From the NCBI GenBank assembly GCA_963668695.2, contig CAXXLQ010000004.1, forward strand, positions 992,001-1,056,000: a DNA stretch of 64,000 bases, read 5' to 3'. The notes below the pieces were generated by a model. That model saw only the letters and a program-made list of their open reading frames with translations. It was not told where the DNA came from and did no database searches. Source of the DNA: Vicinamibacteria bacterium (lineage in GTDB: Bacteria; Acidobacteriota; Vicinamibacteria; Marinacidobacterales; Marinacidobacteraceae). Numbering within the stretch: position 1 is the stretch's first letter; each line of letters starts with the position of its first letter. Below are positions 49,134 through 58,194 of the stretch, piece after piece. The translations under genes were made by a program, and so were the position numbers.

Positions 49134-49327
49134 CTAGCAGCTGGTGGACAAAGTAACGCGAGCACCGAGGCCGGTGAGGCGTCCGTCTGACAAGGCGCAA
49201 ATCGGGAGGCATACCGAGTGTATTCCGACCGATTTGCAACGCAGAGCGCCAGTTCTCCCGGTGGGGGGCGGTCAGATGGAATGCATCGCCGGTCGAAAGC
49301 CGGGATACTTTAGGCACGGGCTGCTGA
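49134..49327. mobile_element. Diverged MITE family A copy in reverse orientation
   Basis: CTAG-CAGCTGGTGGACAAAGT ... ACTTTAGGCACGGGCTG; internal segments match the reverse complement of copy 1; contains the 18-mer. Confidence 0.7.
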
Positions 49328-49414
49328 CACCGAGACGAGGCTCGAACGGGCCTTCCGGACGCCTTCCGCGCTAGCCTCGCGGATGAACACAAAACGACTG
49401 ATTGGAGAAACCAC

Positions 49415-49747
49415 GTGAGTCATTACTACGACGACCACGATCTGTCCCGGTTCGGCGAAATGGGCCGTAACGCACCAGACCTCTGGGAGAAATTCAACGC
49501 TTGGTACCAGGCCACCTTCCAGGAGGGCTCGCTCACCGGACGGGAGAAGGCATTGATCGCGCTGGGTGTCGCCCACGCCTTACAGTGCCCCTACTGCATC
49601 GACGCCTGGTCGCAGGAGTGCCTCGAAAAGGGTTCGAACCTCGATCAGATGACGGAGGCCGTCCACGTCGCGGCCGCCATCCGGGGCGGGGCGGCGCTGG
49701 TCCACGGCGTCCAGATGCGGAAACGCAACGCCCAGTTGAGCATGTAG
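49415..49747 (+). CDS. AhpD/CMD-family protein (arsS-associated peroxidase-like)
   Basis: REKALIALGVAHALQCPYCID, EAVHVAAAIRGGAALVHGVQM. Confidence 0.88.
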   Translation: MSHYYDDHDLSRFGEMGRNAPDLWEKFNAWYQATFQEGSLTGREKALIALGVAHALQCPYCIDAWSQECLEKGSNLDQMTEAVHVAAAIRGGAALVHGVQMRKRNAQLSM

Positions 49748-49759
49748 GGCGGCGGTCCG

Positions 49760-50779
49760 ATGGAAGCCCTGCTCGAACTCCCCACCCGTAACGCGCACTT
49801 CGCCCCGCGGCCGTCCGAGACGCGGTTCCCGTCTTTCAATTCGGCGCTTGCCCGCCACGGCCTTCATCCCCTCCGTGCGACCGGGATCGAGATCTTCCAG
49901 ATCAACGTGGGCAAGCTCTGCAACCAGACCTGCCGGCATTGCCACGTCGACGCCGGACCGGACCGCACCGAACGGATGACCCGGGAAACCGCCGAGGCCT
50001 GTATGGCGGCCCTGGAACGGACAACCGCCACCACGGTGGACATCACCGGCGGCGCGCCCGAACTGAACGAGAACTTCCGTTACCTGGTGGACGCCTCGCG
50101 AGCTCGCGGGCGCCACGTGATGGACCGCTCCAACCTCACCGTGCTCCTGCTTCGTTCCCAATCCGACCTCGCCCAGTTCCTCGCCGACCGCGAAGTCGAA
50201 GTCATTGCCAGCCTCCCCTACTTCCTGGCGGAACGCACCGATGCGCAGCGGGGAGCGGGCGTCTTCGACAAATCCATCCGCGCGCTCCAGCTTCTGAACC
50301 GCCTCGGCTACGGCCAGGGCGGCTCCCTGCGGCTGCACCTCGTCTACAACCCCACCGGGGCGTTTCTCCCAGGAGACCAAAACGCCCTCGAACGGGAGTT
50401 CAAGCGCGAACTCGATCGGCGCTTCCAGATCCGATTCGATCGGTTGTACGCGATCACCAACCTGCCGATCAGCCGTTTCCTGGATTTCCTGCTCGAGACC
50501 GGCAACTACGAGCGATACATGGAGCGGCTGGTCAACGCCTTCAACCCGGCAGCCGCAAGGGCAGTGATGTGCCGAGACACTCTTTCGATCGGCTGGGACG
50601 GGCAGCTCTATGACTGCGACTTCAACCAGATGTTGGACGACACCGTGGGGTTTGGCGCACCCGCCCATCTCCGGGATTTCTCCCCGGAACTGTTGGAGAC
50701 GCGGCGCATCGTGACCGGCCTCCACTGCTACGGCTGCACCGCCGGGGCTGGCTCGAGCTGCGGAGGAACCACCGCTTGA
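49760..50779 (+). CDS. arsS: ArsS-family radical SAM protein (arsenosugar biosynthesis family)
   Basis: QINVGKLCNQTCRHCHVDAGP, DITGGAPELN, YDCDFNQML, HCYGCTAGAGSSCGG. Confidence 0.9.
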   Translation: MEALLELPTRNAHFAPRPSETRFPSFNSALARHGLHPLRATGIEIFQINVGKLCNQTCRHCHVDAGPDRTERMTRETAEACMAALERTTATTVDITGGAPELNENFRYLVDASRARGRHVMDRSNLTVLLLRSQSDLAQFLADREVEVIASLPYFLAERTDAQRGAGVFDKSIRALQLLNRLGYGQGGSLRLHLVYNPTGAFLPGDQNALEREFKRELDRRFQIRFDRLYAITNLPISRFLDFLLETGNYERYMERLVNAFNPAAARAVMCRDTLSIGWDGQLYDCDFNQMLDDTVGFGAPAHLRDFSPELLETRRIVTGLHCYGCTAGAGSSCGGTTA

Positions 50780-51873
50780 GGCGGACGGCGCGGGCGGCGG
50801 TGCTGCCTGCGCCTGGCCGACCCGTCGAAATCCGGGAGGTTCCCGTCCCGGACCCGGGACCCGGGGAAATCCTGCTGGAGACCCTCGCTTCCGAGGTGTG
50901 TGGCACCGATGTCCACCTCCGGGAGGGTCGTCTCGCCGGAGTTCCTTACCCGATCATTCCCGGCCACGTCAGTGTCGGCCGGGTCATCGAAACCGGCGGA
51001 GTATCCAAGGACGCCGTCGGGAATCCACTGGCGCTCGGAAGCGTGGTGTCCTTCTTCGATGTCCACGCGACCTGCCACGCCTGCTACCAGTGCCTGGTGG
51101 CGCGCCAGCCGAATCGCTGTCCGTCGCGCCGGGTGTACGGCATCACCTATTCCGCGGACGAGGGGCTGCTCGGAGGATGGGCGGACAACATCCTGCTCCT
51201 TCCGGGAGTCCGGACCGTGGTCCTGCCTGACGAACTCTCGGTGGACGACCTCATCGGTGGCGGCTGCGGCCTGTTCACGGGATTTGCGGCGGTGGACCGC
51301 GCCGAGATCCGGCTCGGTGACAGCGTCGTGGTGCAGGGCGTCGGTCCCGTAGGTCTGGCGGCCATCGCTTTCGCCCGGACCTCCGGCGCCGGAACCATCG
51401 TGGCGGTCGGCGAGCCAGCGGCGCGCCGTGACCTCGCGCTCCGCATGGGCGCCGACGACGCCCTCGCACTCTCGGACAGCGATTCCGAGGGACGGGCGGA
51501 AGCGGTACGAGCGGCAACCGCGGGGCGTGGCGCCGACTTGGTGATCGAGGCGAGCGGCAACCCCCTCGCGGTCCCGGAAGGCTTCGCCATGCTCCGCGAC
51601 GGCGGCCGCTACGTCATTGTCGGCCACTACACCGACGCCGGGAGCGTTCCGGTGAACCCCCATGTGGACATCAACCGAAAACATGCGGAGGTCCGGGGCC
51701 AGTGGGGCAGCGAGTTCCACCACTGGACCCGGGCGCTCGACACGCTGGTCCGCTATCGGGACCGCATCCCCTTCGCCTCGGTGATCGGCCGCCGCTACCG
51801 CCTCGAGGAGGCGAACCAGGCGCTCGACGACGTCGAGGCGCTCCGGGTGACCAAGGCGATCATCGTTCCCTGA
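50776..51873 (+). CDS. Zinc-binding alcohol dehydrogenase family protein
   Basis: VCGTDVH, GH(V), CHACYQC...C, QGVGPVG; TTGA overlap with arsS. Confidence 0.88.
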   Translation: MRRTARAAVLPAPGRPVEIREVPVPDPGPGEILLETLASEVCGTDVHLREGRLAGVPYPIIPGHVSVGRVIETGGVSKDAVGNPLALGSVVSFFDVHATCHACYQCLVARQPNRCPSRRVYGITYSADEGLLGGWADNILLLPGVRTVVLPDELSVDDLIGGGCGLFTGFAAVDRAEIRLGDSVVVQGVGPVGLAAIAFARTSGAGTIVAVGEPAARRDLALRMGADDALALSDSDSEGRAEAVRAATAGRGADLVIEASGNPLAVPEGFAMLRDGGRYVIVGHYTDAGSVPVNPHVDINRKHAEVRGQWGSEFHHWTRALDTLVRYRDRIPFASVIGRRYRLEEANQALDDVEALRVTKAIIVP

Positions 51874-51906
51874 CCGGTTTCGCGCCCGGGCTCGGAGCGG
51901 GCGCGG

Positions 51907-52518
51907 CTACTGCGGATTCCTGATTCGCGCCGGATCGAGGTAGGCGATTTCCCGGCCGCGGCGCGCGAGCGCCGCCTCGCGCTGCTGTTCCCGGGTCCGG
52001 AACATGTCGCGCGCGGGCATGCCGAACGAGTCGCACAGCCGGTCCAGCAAATCCTTCTGCGACACCAGGCGGCCGTCGGGCAGGATGTGCGCGACACAGA
52101 CACCACGCTCCGCCAGCGCGGGAGCTACCAGCATCGCTCGGTGGCAGTTCCCCGGGTCGCGCTCGGCGCAGAGCAGGACCACCCGGGGACCGGCCGCGTG
52201 TTCCGTGACGCATTCGATCCCGCGAAGAAATATGCCGGCCTTCGCCAGACGGCCAAACCGCACTCTCCCCTCTTCGTCATAACAGGAGAGGTCTTTCGAG
52301 CGCGCGCCGAGTTCGGCGCCGAGGAAGAGATAGCGGAAGCCACCTTCCTCAAGCGCTCGCTGGAGGGGGCGCCGGCTGAACTGTGGATACCGCCGGCTAT
52401 ACGGGACGGAACGGACATCAGCCACGACCGCGACCGAATGCTGCTCGAGCAGCCGCAGAAAGTCCTCGAGAGGATGATTGGAATGGCCGACGGTCAGGAC
52501 CTCGAGCAACCCGCTCAT
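51907..52518 (-). CDS. DUF488 family protein
   Basis: TVGHSNH, DVRSVPYSR, ELGAR, LLCAERDPGNCHR. Confidence 0.88.
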   Translation of the reverse strand: MSGLLEVLTVGHSNHPLEDFLRLLEQHSVAVVADVRSVPYSRRYPQFSRRPLQRALEEGGFRYLFLGAELGARSKDLSCYDEEGRVRFGRLAKAGIFLRGIECVTEHAAGPRVVLLCAERDPGNCHRAMLVAPALAERGVCVAHILPDGRLVSQKDLLDRLCDSFGMPARDMFRTREQQREAALARRGREIAYLDPARIRNPQ

Positions 52519-52601
52519 GGCGCCGCGCGGCGAAGCGCGCGCTGCCGCTGGTACGCGTACCATCGCGGTAGCGGGTCTTCGCAGCCCCGGGTGGAAACCG
52601 C

Positions 52602-53513
52602 GTGATGGCCAAACCGCGGCGTCGGGAGGAACCGGAAAACCTCGCCCGCGTGCGCGGCAGCCAGACCGCCGAGCTCGTCGCCGCCGCGCGGACAGGACAC
52701 TTCGCCAGGGCGGCACGCCCTCTGGTCATCGAGGATCCCTTTGCGATCCACCGCGCCGGCGACCGCTGGCGGCGGGTGATCGGTTCGGACTTCCGCCATT
52801 GGCTGGTTACGCGCGTGCTGCTCCGGAAGGTCAGCCCGACGACCACCTACGTTCTCATCAGGGCGCGGTTCACCGACGACCGCGTCCTGCGAGCAGCGGA
52901 GCGGGGGGTTCGGCAACTCGTGATCCTGGGGGCGGGGTTCGACACGTTCGCGCTCCGGTACCCCGATCTGGGTATCGACGTATTTGAGGTGGACCTGGCC
53001 GCGAGCGGGGCCCTGAAACGGAAACGGCTGGCGGCCGCCGACATACCGGTTCCTGAGCACCTTCATTTCGTGAACGTGGATTTCGAGCGCGACGATCTCG
53101 GCGAGCACCTCATCGCCGCCGGCTTTCGTCCTTCCGAACCGGCTTTCTTCAGCTGGATGGGAGTGACCTACTACCTCGCTCACGAGGCCGTGCCGGGCAC
53201 CCTCGCACAGGTCAGCGCCCTTGCCGCTCCCCAATCCGAATTGGCTTTCGATTACCTGAACGCCCGGGATTTCGTTGCTGCGAAAGACCTCGCGCTGTTC
53301 GACAGCATGCCCCGCTTCGTCAAGAAACACGGCGAACCGATGATCACAAACTTCGACCCCGGGACGGTTGTGCAGCAGGTGGGACTCGGCGACGGCTGGG
53401 AAGTACTCGAACATGCGTCTCCGGCCGAGGACCCGAAGCGCCATCTGGGGGAGCGTACCGACCTGCCGCGGGTAGCGCCCCTCTTCCGCCTGCTTCATTT
53501 ACGGCGACGGTAG
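52602..53513 (+). CDS. SAM-dependent methyltransferase (leucine carboxyl methyltransferase/TIGR00027-like)
   Basis: TAELVAAAR, QLVILGAGFDTFA, FEVD, SWMGVTYYL. Confidence 0.85.
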   Translation: MMAKPRRREEPENLARVRGSQTAELVAAARTGHFARAARPLVIEDPFAIHRAGDRWRRVIGSDFRHWLVTRVLLRKVSPTTTYVLIRARFTDDRVLRAAERGVRQLVILGAGFDTFALRYPDLGIDVFEVDLAASGALKRKRLAAADIPVPEHLHFVNVDFERDDLGEHLIAAGFRPSEPAFFSWMGVTYYLAHEAVPGTLAQVSALAAPQSELAFDYLNARDFVAAKDLALFDSMPRFVKKHGEPMITNFDPGTVVQQVGLGDGWEVLEHASPAEDPKRHLGERTDLPRVAPLFRLLHLRRR

Positions 53514-53519
53514 GGGCTG

Positions 53520-53850
53520 CGAGGCGGACAACGATGTGCCGCCCGCGGGCCTTCGGCCGGCTGTGCCGACCGGAGGTCGGCGCTCCAAGCCGTCCGCGCG
53601 CTTTTTCTCGGTCGGCGGTACGCGGCTTCGCGGCCCTGCGGCCCGCGGTGCCGGTCTGATCTGAAGGGCCCCACCGGGAGAAACCCCCATGATCGGGTCC
53701 TGCTGCACACTTGGCCCGTCATGAAAGTGCAGTTCCTGAGTTTGCCGGGCCGCCTCTACGTTTGGGGTCCACGCCGAGACGGGAACCGTCCCGGCGTTGG
53801 GCTTCTTCACGCCGCGGCCCTGCGGGCCGCTGTGCCGACCAGAGGTCTAT
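53520..53850 (-). repeat. Several degenerate REP-like family B copies
   Basis: GCCGACCGGAGGTCGGCGCTCCA, GCGGTGCCGGTCTGA, GCTGTGCCGACCAGAGGTC. Confidence 0.55.
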
Positions 53851-54028
53851 ACCTTTCCGGGCATCACATTTTCATGGGGCAGACACCTTGCGAACGAATG
53901 GCGCCGGACGGGGTGCGTTGGGGCGCGGCAGGTAGCCGGGAGGCGGTGTCAAGAGGAGGAAGGCGGCGAAGGTTCCGGCGTTCCCTTGCCGGCGTCCCGT
54001 GAGGGTGAGCGACGGAGAGCTGAACGAG

Positions 54029-54176
54029 CAAGAAAACAACCGGCAGCGAACTCCGTTCGCTGCCCGCGTGTTCGGGGGAAAGTGTGAAAGGGGGAAAACT
54101 CCCCCTTTCACAAGAAAACAACGACCAATCGGAACTCGCCGCCGCGCGCCGCAGGCGCGCAAGGGAGTTCCGATTG
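54029..54176 (-). terminator. Tandem hairpins with U-rich tails downstream of the tRNA operon
   Basis: Stems CAATCGGAACTC/GAGTTCCGATTG, TGTGAAAGGGGGA/TCCCCCTTTCACA and GGCAGCGAA/TTCGCTGCC; two are followed on the minus strand by GTTGTTTTCTTG. Confidence 0.5.
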
Positions 54177-54280
54177 CCGGCGCGCAGCGCCGGGCGGACC
54201 GCAAGGGGGGCGCACCTGAAACCAAATCGGTCTCCCGCCCCAATCCTTGACTACGCGCCCCCCTTGCGGCCCGCTCGACG

Positions 54281-54353
54281 GGTGGATGAGGGGACTCGAA
54301 CCCCCAACCACCGGAACCACAATCCGGCGCTCTACCATTGAGCTACATCCACC
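54281..54353 (-). tRNA. tRNA-His(GTG), G-1 encoded, CCA not encoded
   Basis: GGTGGATGTAGCTCAATGGTAGAGCGCCGGATT-GTG-GTTCCGG...GGTTCGAGTCCCCTCATCCACC. Confidence 0.95.
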
Positions 54354-54378
54354 ACCAACGAAGGAAGTAGCGGCCGGT

Positions 54379-54455
54379 TGGCGCGCCAGGGAGGATTCGA
54401 ACCCCCGACCCGCGGCTTAGAAGGCCGCCGCTCTATCCTACTGAGCTACTGGCGC
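54379..54455 (-). tRNA. tRNA-Arg(TCT)
   Basis: GCGCCAGTAGCTCAGTAGGATAGAGCGGCGGCCT-TCT-AAGCCGC...GCGCCA. Confidence 0.95.
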
Positions 54456-54504
54456 TCCCGCGCTTTGTGATCGGACCCGGCCCTGAGCAGTCGCGGAGCG
54501 CCCG

Positions 54505-54578
54505 TCGGGGCGAGAGGATTTGAACCTCCGGCTTCCTGCTCCCAAAGCAGGCGCGCTGCCAGACTGCGCCACGCCCCG
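54505..54578 (-). tRNA. tRNA-Pro(TGG), CCA not encoded
   Basis: CGGGGCGTGGCGCAGTCTGGCAGCGCGCCTGCTT-TGG-GAGCAGG...GGTTCAAATCCTCTCGCCCCGA. Confidence 0.95.
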
Positions 54579-54583
54579 AGAAA

Positions 54584-55234
54584 CTACGAGATTATAGGCG
54601 GCTCGGCGGCGAGAGCCGCCACCAGGAACCGTCGTACGGGGCGGAGCGCCCGGCCGCGATGGCTGATCCGCTCTTTCTGCGCGAGGCTTAGTTCCGCCAT
54701 CGTCTTCCCGTATTCGGGCACGACGAACACCGGGTCGTAGCCGAAGCCTCCGCTGCCGCGGGGAACCGTCGCGATTTCTCCCCCTACGGTCCCGGTAGAG
54801 CGGAAGACGATGCGTCCCCCAACGGCGATGGCTACGGCCGATCGGTATCGGGCTCCCCGTCTGGTGGCGGGGTCCCCGTTTACGAGCTCGAGCAGGCGGC
54901 GGTTCTTCTCCTGGTACGGCGTTTCCCGGCCCAACCACCGCGAAGACCGAACGCCAGGTCCGCCGTCCAGGGCGTCCACCTCAAGACCGGAATCCTCCGC
55001 GAGCGCGATGAGGCCGGTCGTCGCCTGATAATGGAGAGCTTTGATACCGGCGTTGGCGAGGAATCCCTCCCCCGTTTCCTCTGGCTCCTCGGGCAGGGAT
55101 CCAGCGATATCTCCGAGGCCCAGAAGGCGGACGCCCGTCCCGGCAAGAGCTGCCCGCATCTCTCGCACCTTGCCGGTGTTTCCGGTTGCGAGCAGGACCT
55201 GTGGCTCGCTCGCAGATGCGCGATGCGTTCCCAC
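54584..55234 (-). CDS. rdgB: Non-canonical purine NTP pyrophosphatase (Ham1)
   Basis: ATGNTGKVREM, EDSGLEVDALDGGPGVRS, GFGYDPVF, SHRGRAL. Confidence 0.93.
   Translation of the reverse strand: MGTHRASASEPQVLLATGNTGKVREMRAALAGTGVRLLGLGDIAGSLPEEPEETGEGFLANAGIKALHYQATTGLIALAEDSGLEVDALDGGPGVRSSRWLGRETPYQEKNRRLLELVNGDPATRRGARYRSAVAIAVGGRIVFRSTGTVGGEIATVPRGSGGFGYDPVFVVPEYGKTMAELSLAQKERISHRGRALRPVRRFLVAALAAEPPIIS
54591..54596 (-). promoter_or_regulatory. Possible -10 box (TATAAT) of the tRNA operon, inside the rdgB 3' end
   Basis: Perfect TATAAT 12 nt upstream of tRNA-Pro; no clear -35 box. Confidence 0.4.
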
Positions 55235-55240
55235 GAGCCG

Positions 55241-55975
55241 TCAGTCCCCGTCCGGCATGGGAATTCCGGCCAGCACCGCCCGCTGCCGCGCGGCGAGGGT
55301 CGCAATTCCCCCAAGGGCCACGTCGAGGAGTTCGTTCAGGGTTTCCCGCCGGAACGGGGCAGCTTCGGCGGCACCCTGGACTTCGATCAACTCGCCGTCG
55401 GCCGTTGCCACCACGGTGAGATCCACCGCCGCCCGGGAATCCTCGGAATAGTCGAGGTCGAGGAGCACCTCTCCGCCAACCACCCCAACGCTTACCGCCG
55501 CGACCTGGCGGCGCAACGGATTCTCGGGCAGATCGCCGCGGCTCCGGAGCCGGTGGAAGGCCAGGGCCAGCGCGACGAAGGCCCCGGTTATGGAAGCGGT
55601 CCGGGTGCCGCCGTCGGCTTCGATGACGTCGCAGTCCACTCGAACGGTCCGTTCTCCCAACCGCGAGAGGTCCACCGCCGCTCGAAGCGAGCGGCCGATG
55701 AGCCGCTGGATCTCCGCGGTACGCCCGGGAACCCCATTCCGATCCCGCCGGATTCGTTCTCCCGAAGAGAGCGGAAGCATCCCGTATTCGGCGCTCAGCC
55801 AGCCGCGACCTCTACCCCGGAGCCACCCCGGCACACCGTCTTCGATGCTGACCGCCGCAACCACCCGGGTATCTCCCTGTCGAACGAGGATCGAACCGGG
55901 GGCGCGCCGTAAGAAACCTGTCTGAAGCCCGAGGTCACGGATCTCCCGCGCCCCTCGGCCGCCACGCCGTTTCAC
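55241..55975 (-). CDS. rph: Ribonuclease PH
   Basis: GWLSAEYGMLP, GRTAEIQRLIGRSLRA, DCDVIEADGGTRTASITG, DLDYSED. Confidence 0.96.
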   Translation of the reverse strand: MKRRGGRGAREIRDLGLQTGFLRRAPGSILVRQGDTRVVAAVSIEDGVPGWLRGRGRGWLSAEYGMLPLSSGERIRRDRNGVPGRTAEIQRLIGRSLRAAVDLSRLGERTVRVDCDVIEADGGTRTASITGAFVALALAFHRLRSRGDLPENPLRRQVAAVSVGVVGGEVLLDLDYSEDSRAAVDLTVVATADGELIEVQGAAEAAPFRRETLNELLDVALGGIATLAARQRAVLAGIPMPDGD

Positions 55976-56589
55976 CCGCGACCGCCGTCTGGATCCGCCA
56001 GCAGCCGTTCCGGGGCCCGCCCGAATCCCGACCGGAGATCAAGGTGCCCAGCGAGGGTTTCGGTCTCTCGTCCCTCGACGAGGAGCCGGACCTCAGCAAT
56101 TGCCGGAAGGCTCTCCACCAGGGTGTGACTCAGGCTGTACACGGTCAATTCCTCGGCGTGCAACCCGCCGGAGTGTCCCTCCAGCAAATCGAGTGTGAAG
56201 TTGATGACGGCGATACCGCGACCGCTCACGAACACATCCAGAACCTGTACACCCTCTGGAAAAGTCCCCGACTCTTCGACGATCTTCTGCACCAGCGCCT
56301 CGGCGCGACCGCGGGTGGTAGGGACGCGGGGTAGCTCCACTTCCCGGGCGTGAAGGAGGCCGTCTGCGCCAGCCGCGAACAGCTTTGCTGTGTCCAGGAC
56401 TTCCTGATCCTGAACCTGGAGAGCCTCCGCGGGTTCCGGGAGGGCCGGGGAAACCGACGCCAGGTCTTCCGAAGCCGGAGCGGAGTCAGATTCGTCGGCC
56501 GGAACAACCCCACACGCGGCGAGCCCCCAAGAAACTGCGGCCGCGAGCAGCACCGCCCGCAGAAACCCGTCGCACCCTCCGGGTTTCAA
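55972..56589 (-). CDS. GerMN-domain lipoprotein
   Basis: LAAC lipobox; EELTVYSLSHTL...VRLLVEGRETETLAGHLDL; TTGA overlap with the amidase stop. Confidence 0.8.
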   Translation of the reverse strand: MKPGGCDGFLRAVLLAAAVSWGLAACGVVPADESDSAPASEDLASVSPALPEPAEALQVQDQEVLDTAKLFAAGADGLLHAREVELPRVPTTRGRAEALVQKIVEESGTFPEGVQVLDVFVSGRGIAVINFTLDLLEGHSGGLHAEELTVYSLSHTLVESLPAIAEVRLLVEGRETETLAGHLDLRSGFGRAPERLLADPDGGRG

Positions 56590-58085
56590 CGCACGTCTCC
56601 CGTCGGGCGAAAGCTCGTCAGTGAGCGCTGGTAGCGGAGAATCCCGGCGACCAGCGCTCGCGCCGCCTCGGTCGGGAATCCCGGATTCGACAGCCGCGGG
56701 AGATCGCGGGCCGACGTGACAAAACCGAGTTCCACCTGCACGGCTGGCATCGCCGCTCCCCGTAGAACCCTCACGGGAGCATCGGCGACACCGCCCGCGG
56801 CGATTTCCAGTCCTTCCAGTTCCGTGGCAAGCGCCTCGGCAAGCGCCCGCGACGCCGGAACAAACCGGGCCTGGGCGCTGTTCCACGGCACGAAGTGAAC
56901 TGCATTCCCTGCCGGCGGACGGCCGGACGCCTGCGGGGTGAGGTGGTACACGAGGCTCCCGGAAGCGGCCGGACTCGGCGAGGCGTTCAGGTGGATACTG
57001 ATCAACAGGTCGGCGCGGGCGGTATTGGCTGCCGCGATCCGGTCGTCGAGCGCGACATCGCGGTCCGCATCCCGGGTCAGCACCACCCGAAATCCATGCT
57101 GCCGCTCAAGCACATCACCAAGCGCGAGCGCTACTGACAGGGCCACGTCCTTCTCGGTCACTCCCCCGCGACCGGCGGCCCCGCGATTGGTTCCTCCGTG
57201 GCCCGGATCGATGGCGATGGTGCGGATTTCGGTGGGCCCGACCGGGTCCCGGCGACGGCGTGCTTCCGGCGCCGGCCGCACCGCCAGCACATCGGCTCCG
57301 GACGCGGCGCGGACTCCGGCTCGGATCAAATTGAGCGTCAGGGTGCCCGGGGTTCGTTCCTGGAGGAAGCGCCCGTAGTTGCGCCCGGTCGTGATCTCGA
57401 GAATGTAGCCACTCCCGCGCCGGATGAGATGCACACGATCCACAACGCCGTCCCGCGGCGTTTCATCGGAGAAGGAAGTCTCGACGAATGCCGTCTGCAC
57501 CAGAACCGAAACACGGCGTGGCCCTTCTTCGATGTCCAGCGGGACGGGAGGGTTCGTGCGCACAATCACCCGGGTGGATCCCGGGCGGCTCGCGATTTCG
57601 ACGTCGAGTTGCGGGTACCCCTCCCCCACCGCCAGGGTCCTCGCGTTCCCGTCGTACCGCGTCCGGCCAGGGAGGATGTCCGGCAGAACCAGCGACACGA
57701 AGTCGAGCGGCACGAACCACTCACCGCCACGCCGAACGCTCGGATTTCGCAGGACACGGGTCGCGCCTCCCACCCGGACGAAACTGCGTCCGGCATCGAA
57801 GCGAACCGTCTCGCCCCGAAGGCGGAGCACCGCTTGCCGCTCACTCTCTCCCGGTCGCACGGTGCCGCCCAGGGCTGCGGCGACCTCGGCGAGCCGCACC
57901 ATCTCGACGCCTCCGAGTCGCCGCACGGCGAGGGCGGAGGCATCACCCTGGTCGATGATCCAGAGCTCGGGAGACCGCTGAGCGGCGGGGGCGAGAGGGC
58001 TCGCCGCGGAGGCCGAGATCCAGACAGAACCCACCAATCCCAGTGCGAGGAAGAACAACCCGAAACGGAAGGCGCCGCGACGCAT
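56586..58085 (-). CDS. N-acetylmuramoyl-L-alanine amidase (Amidase_3) with N-terminal copper-amine-oxidase-like/AMIN-like domains
   Basis: IAIDPGHGG, EKDVAL, LTRDAD, ISIHLNA, PAVQVELGFVT. Confidence 0.9.
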   Translation of the reverse strand: MRRGAFRFGLFFLALGLVGSVWISASAASPLAPAAQRSPELWIIDQGDASALAVRRLGGVEMVRLAEVAAALGGTVRPGESERQAVLRLRGETVRFDAGRSFVRVGGATRVLRNPSVRRGGEWFVPLDFVSLVLPDILPGRTRYDGNARTLAVGEGYPQLDVEIASRPGSTRVIVRTNPPVPLDIEEGPRRVSVLVQTAFVETSFSDETPRDGVVDRVHLIRRGSGYILEITTGRNYGRFLQERTPGTLTLNLIRAGVRAASGADVLAVRPAPEARRRRDPVGPTEIRTIAIDPGHGGTNRGAAGRGGVTEKDVALSVALALGDVLERQHGFRVVLTRDADRDVALDDRIAAANTARADLLISIHLNASPSPAASGSLVYHLTPQASGRPPAGNAVHFVPWNSAQARFVPASRALAEALATELEGLEIAAGGVADAPVRVLRGAAMPAVQVELGFVTSARDLPRLSNPGFPTEAARALVAGILRYQRSLTSFRPTGDVR

Positions 58086-58194
58086 GAAAGGCAGCCGGAA
58101 AACCCTTGAAGTGACAGAATAGCGTTTCGCCGTTCGCGGAATGGCACCGCTGGCAGGGGTCATGCGGGGCGTTGCCGTAGAATCCGCCGCCTTC

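Noticed and set aside
50750-50779. Selenocysteine in the ArsS C-terminal GSS(U/C)GG motif
   Set aside because: The codon is TGC (Cys).
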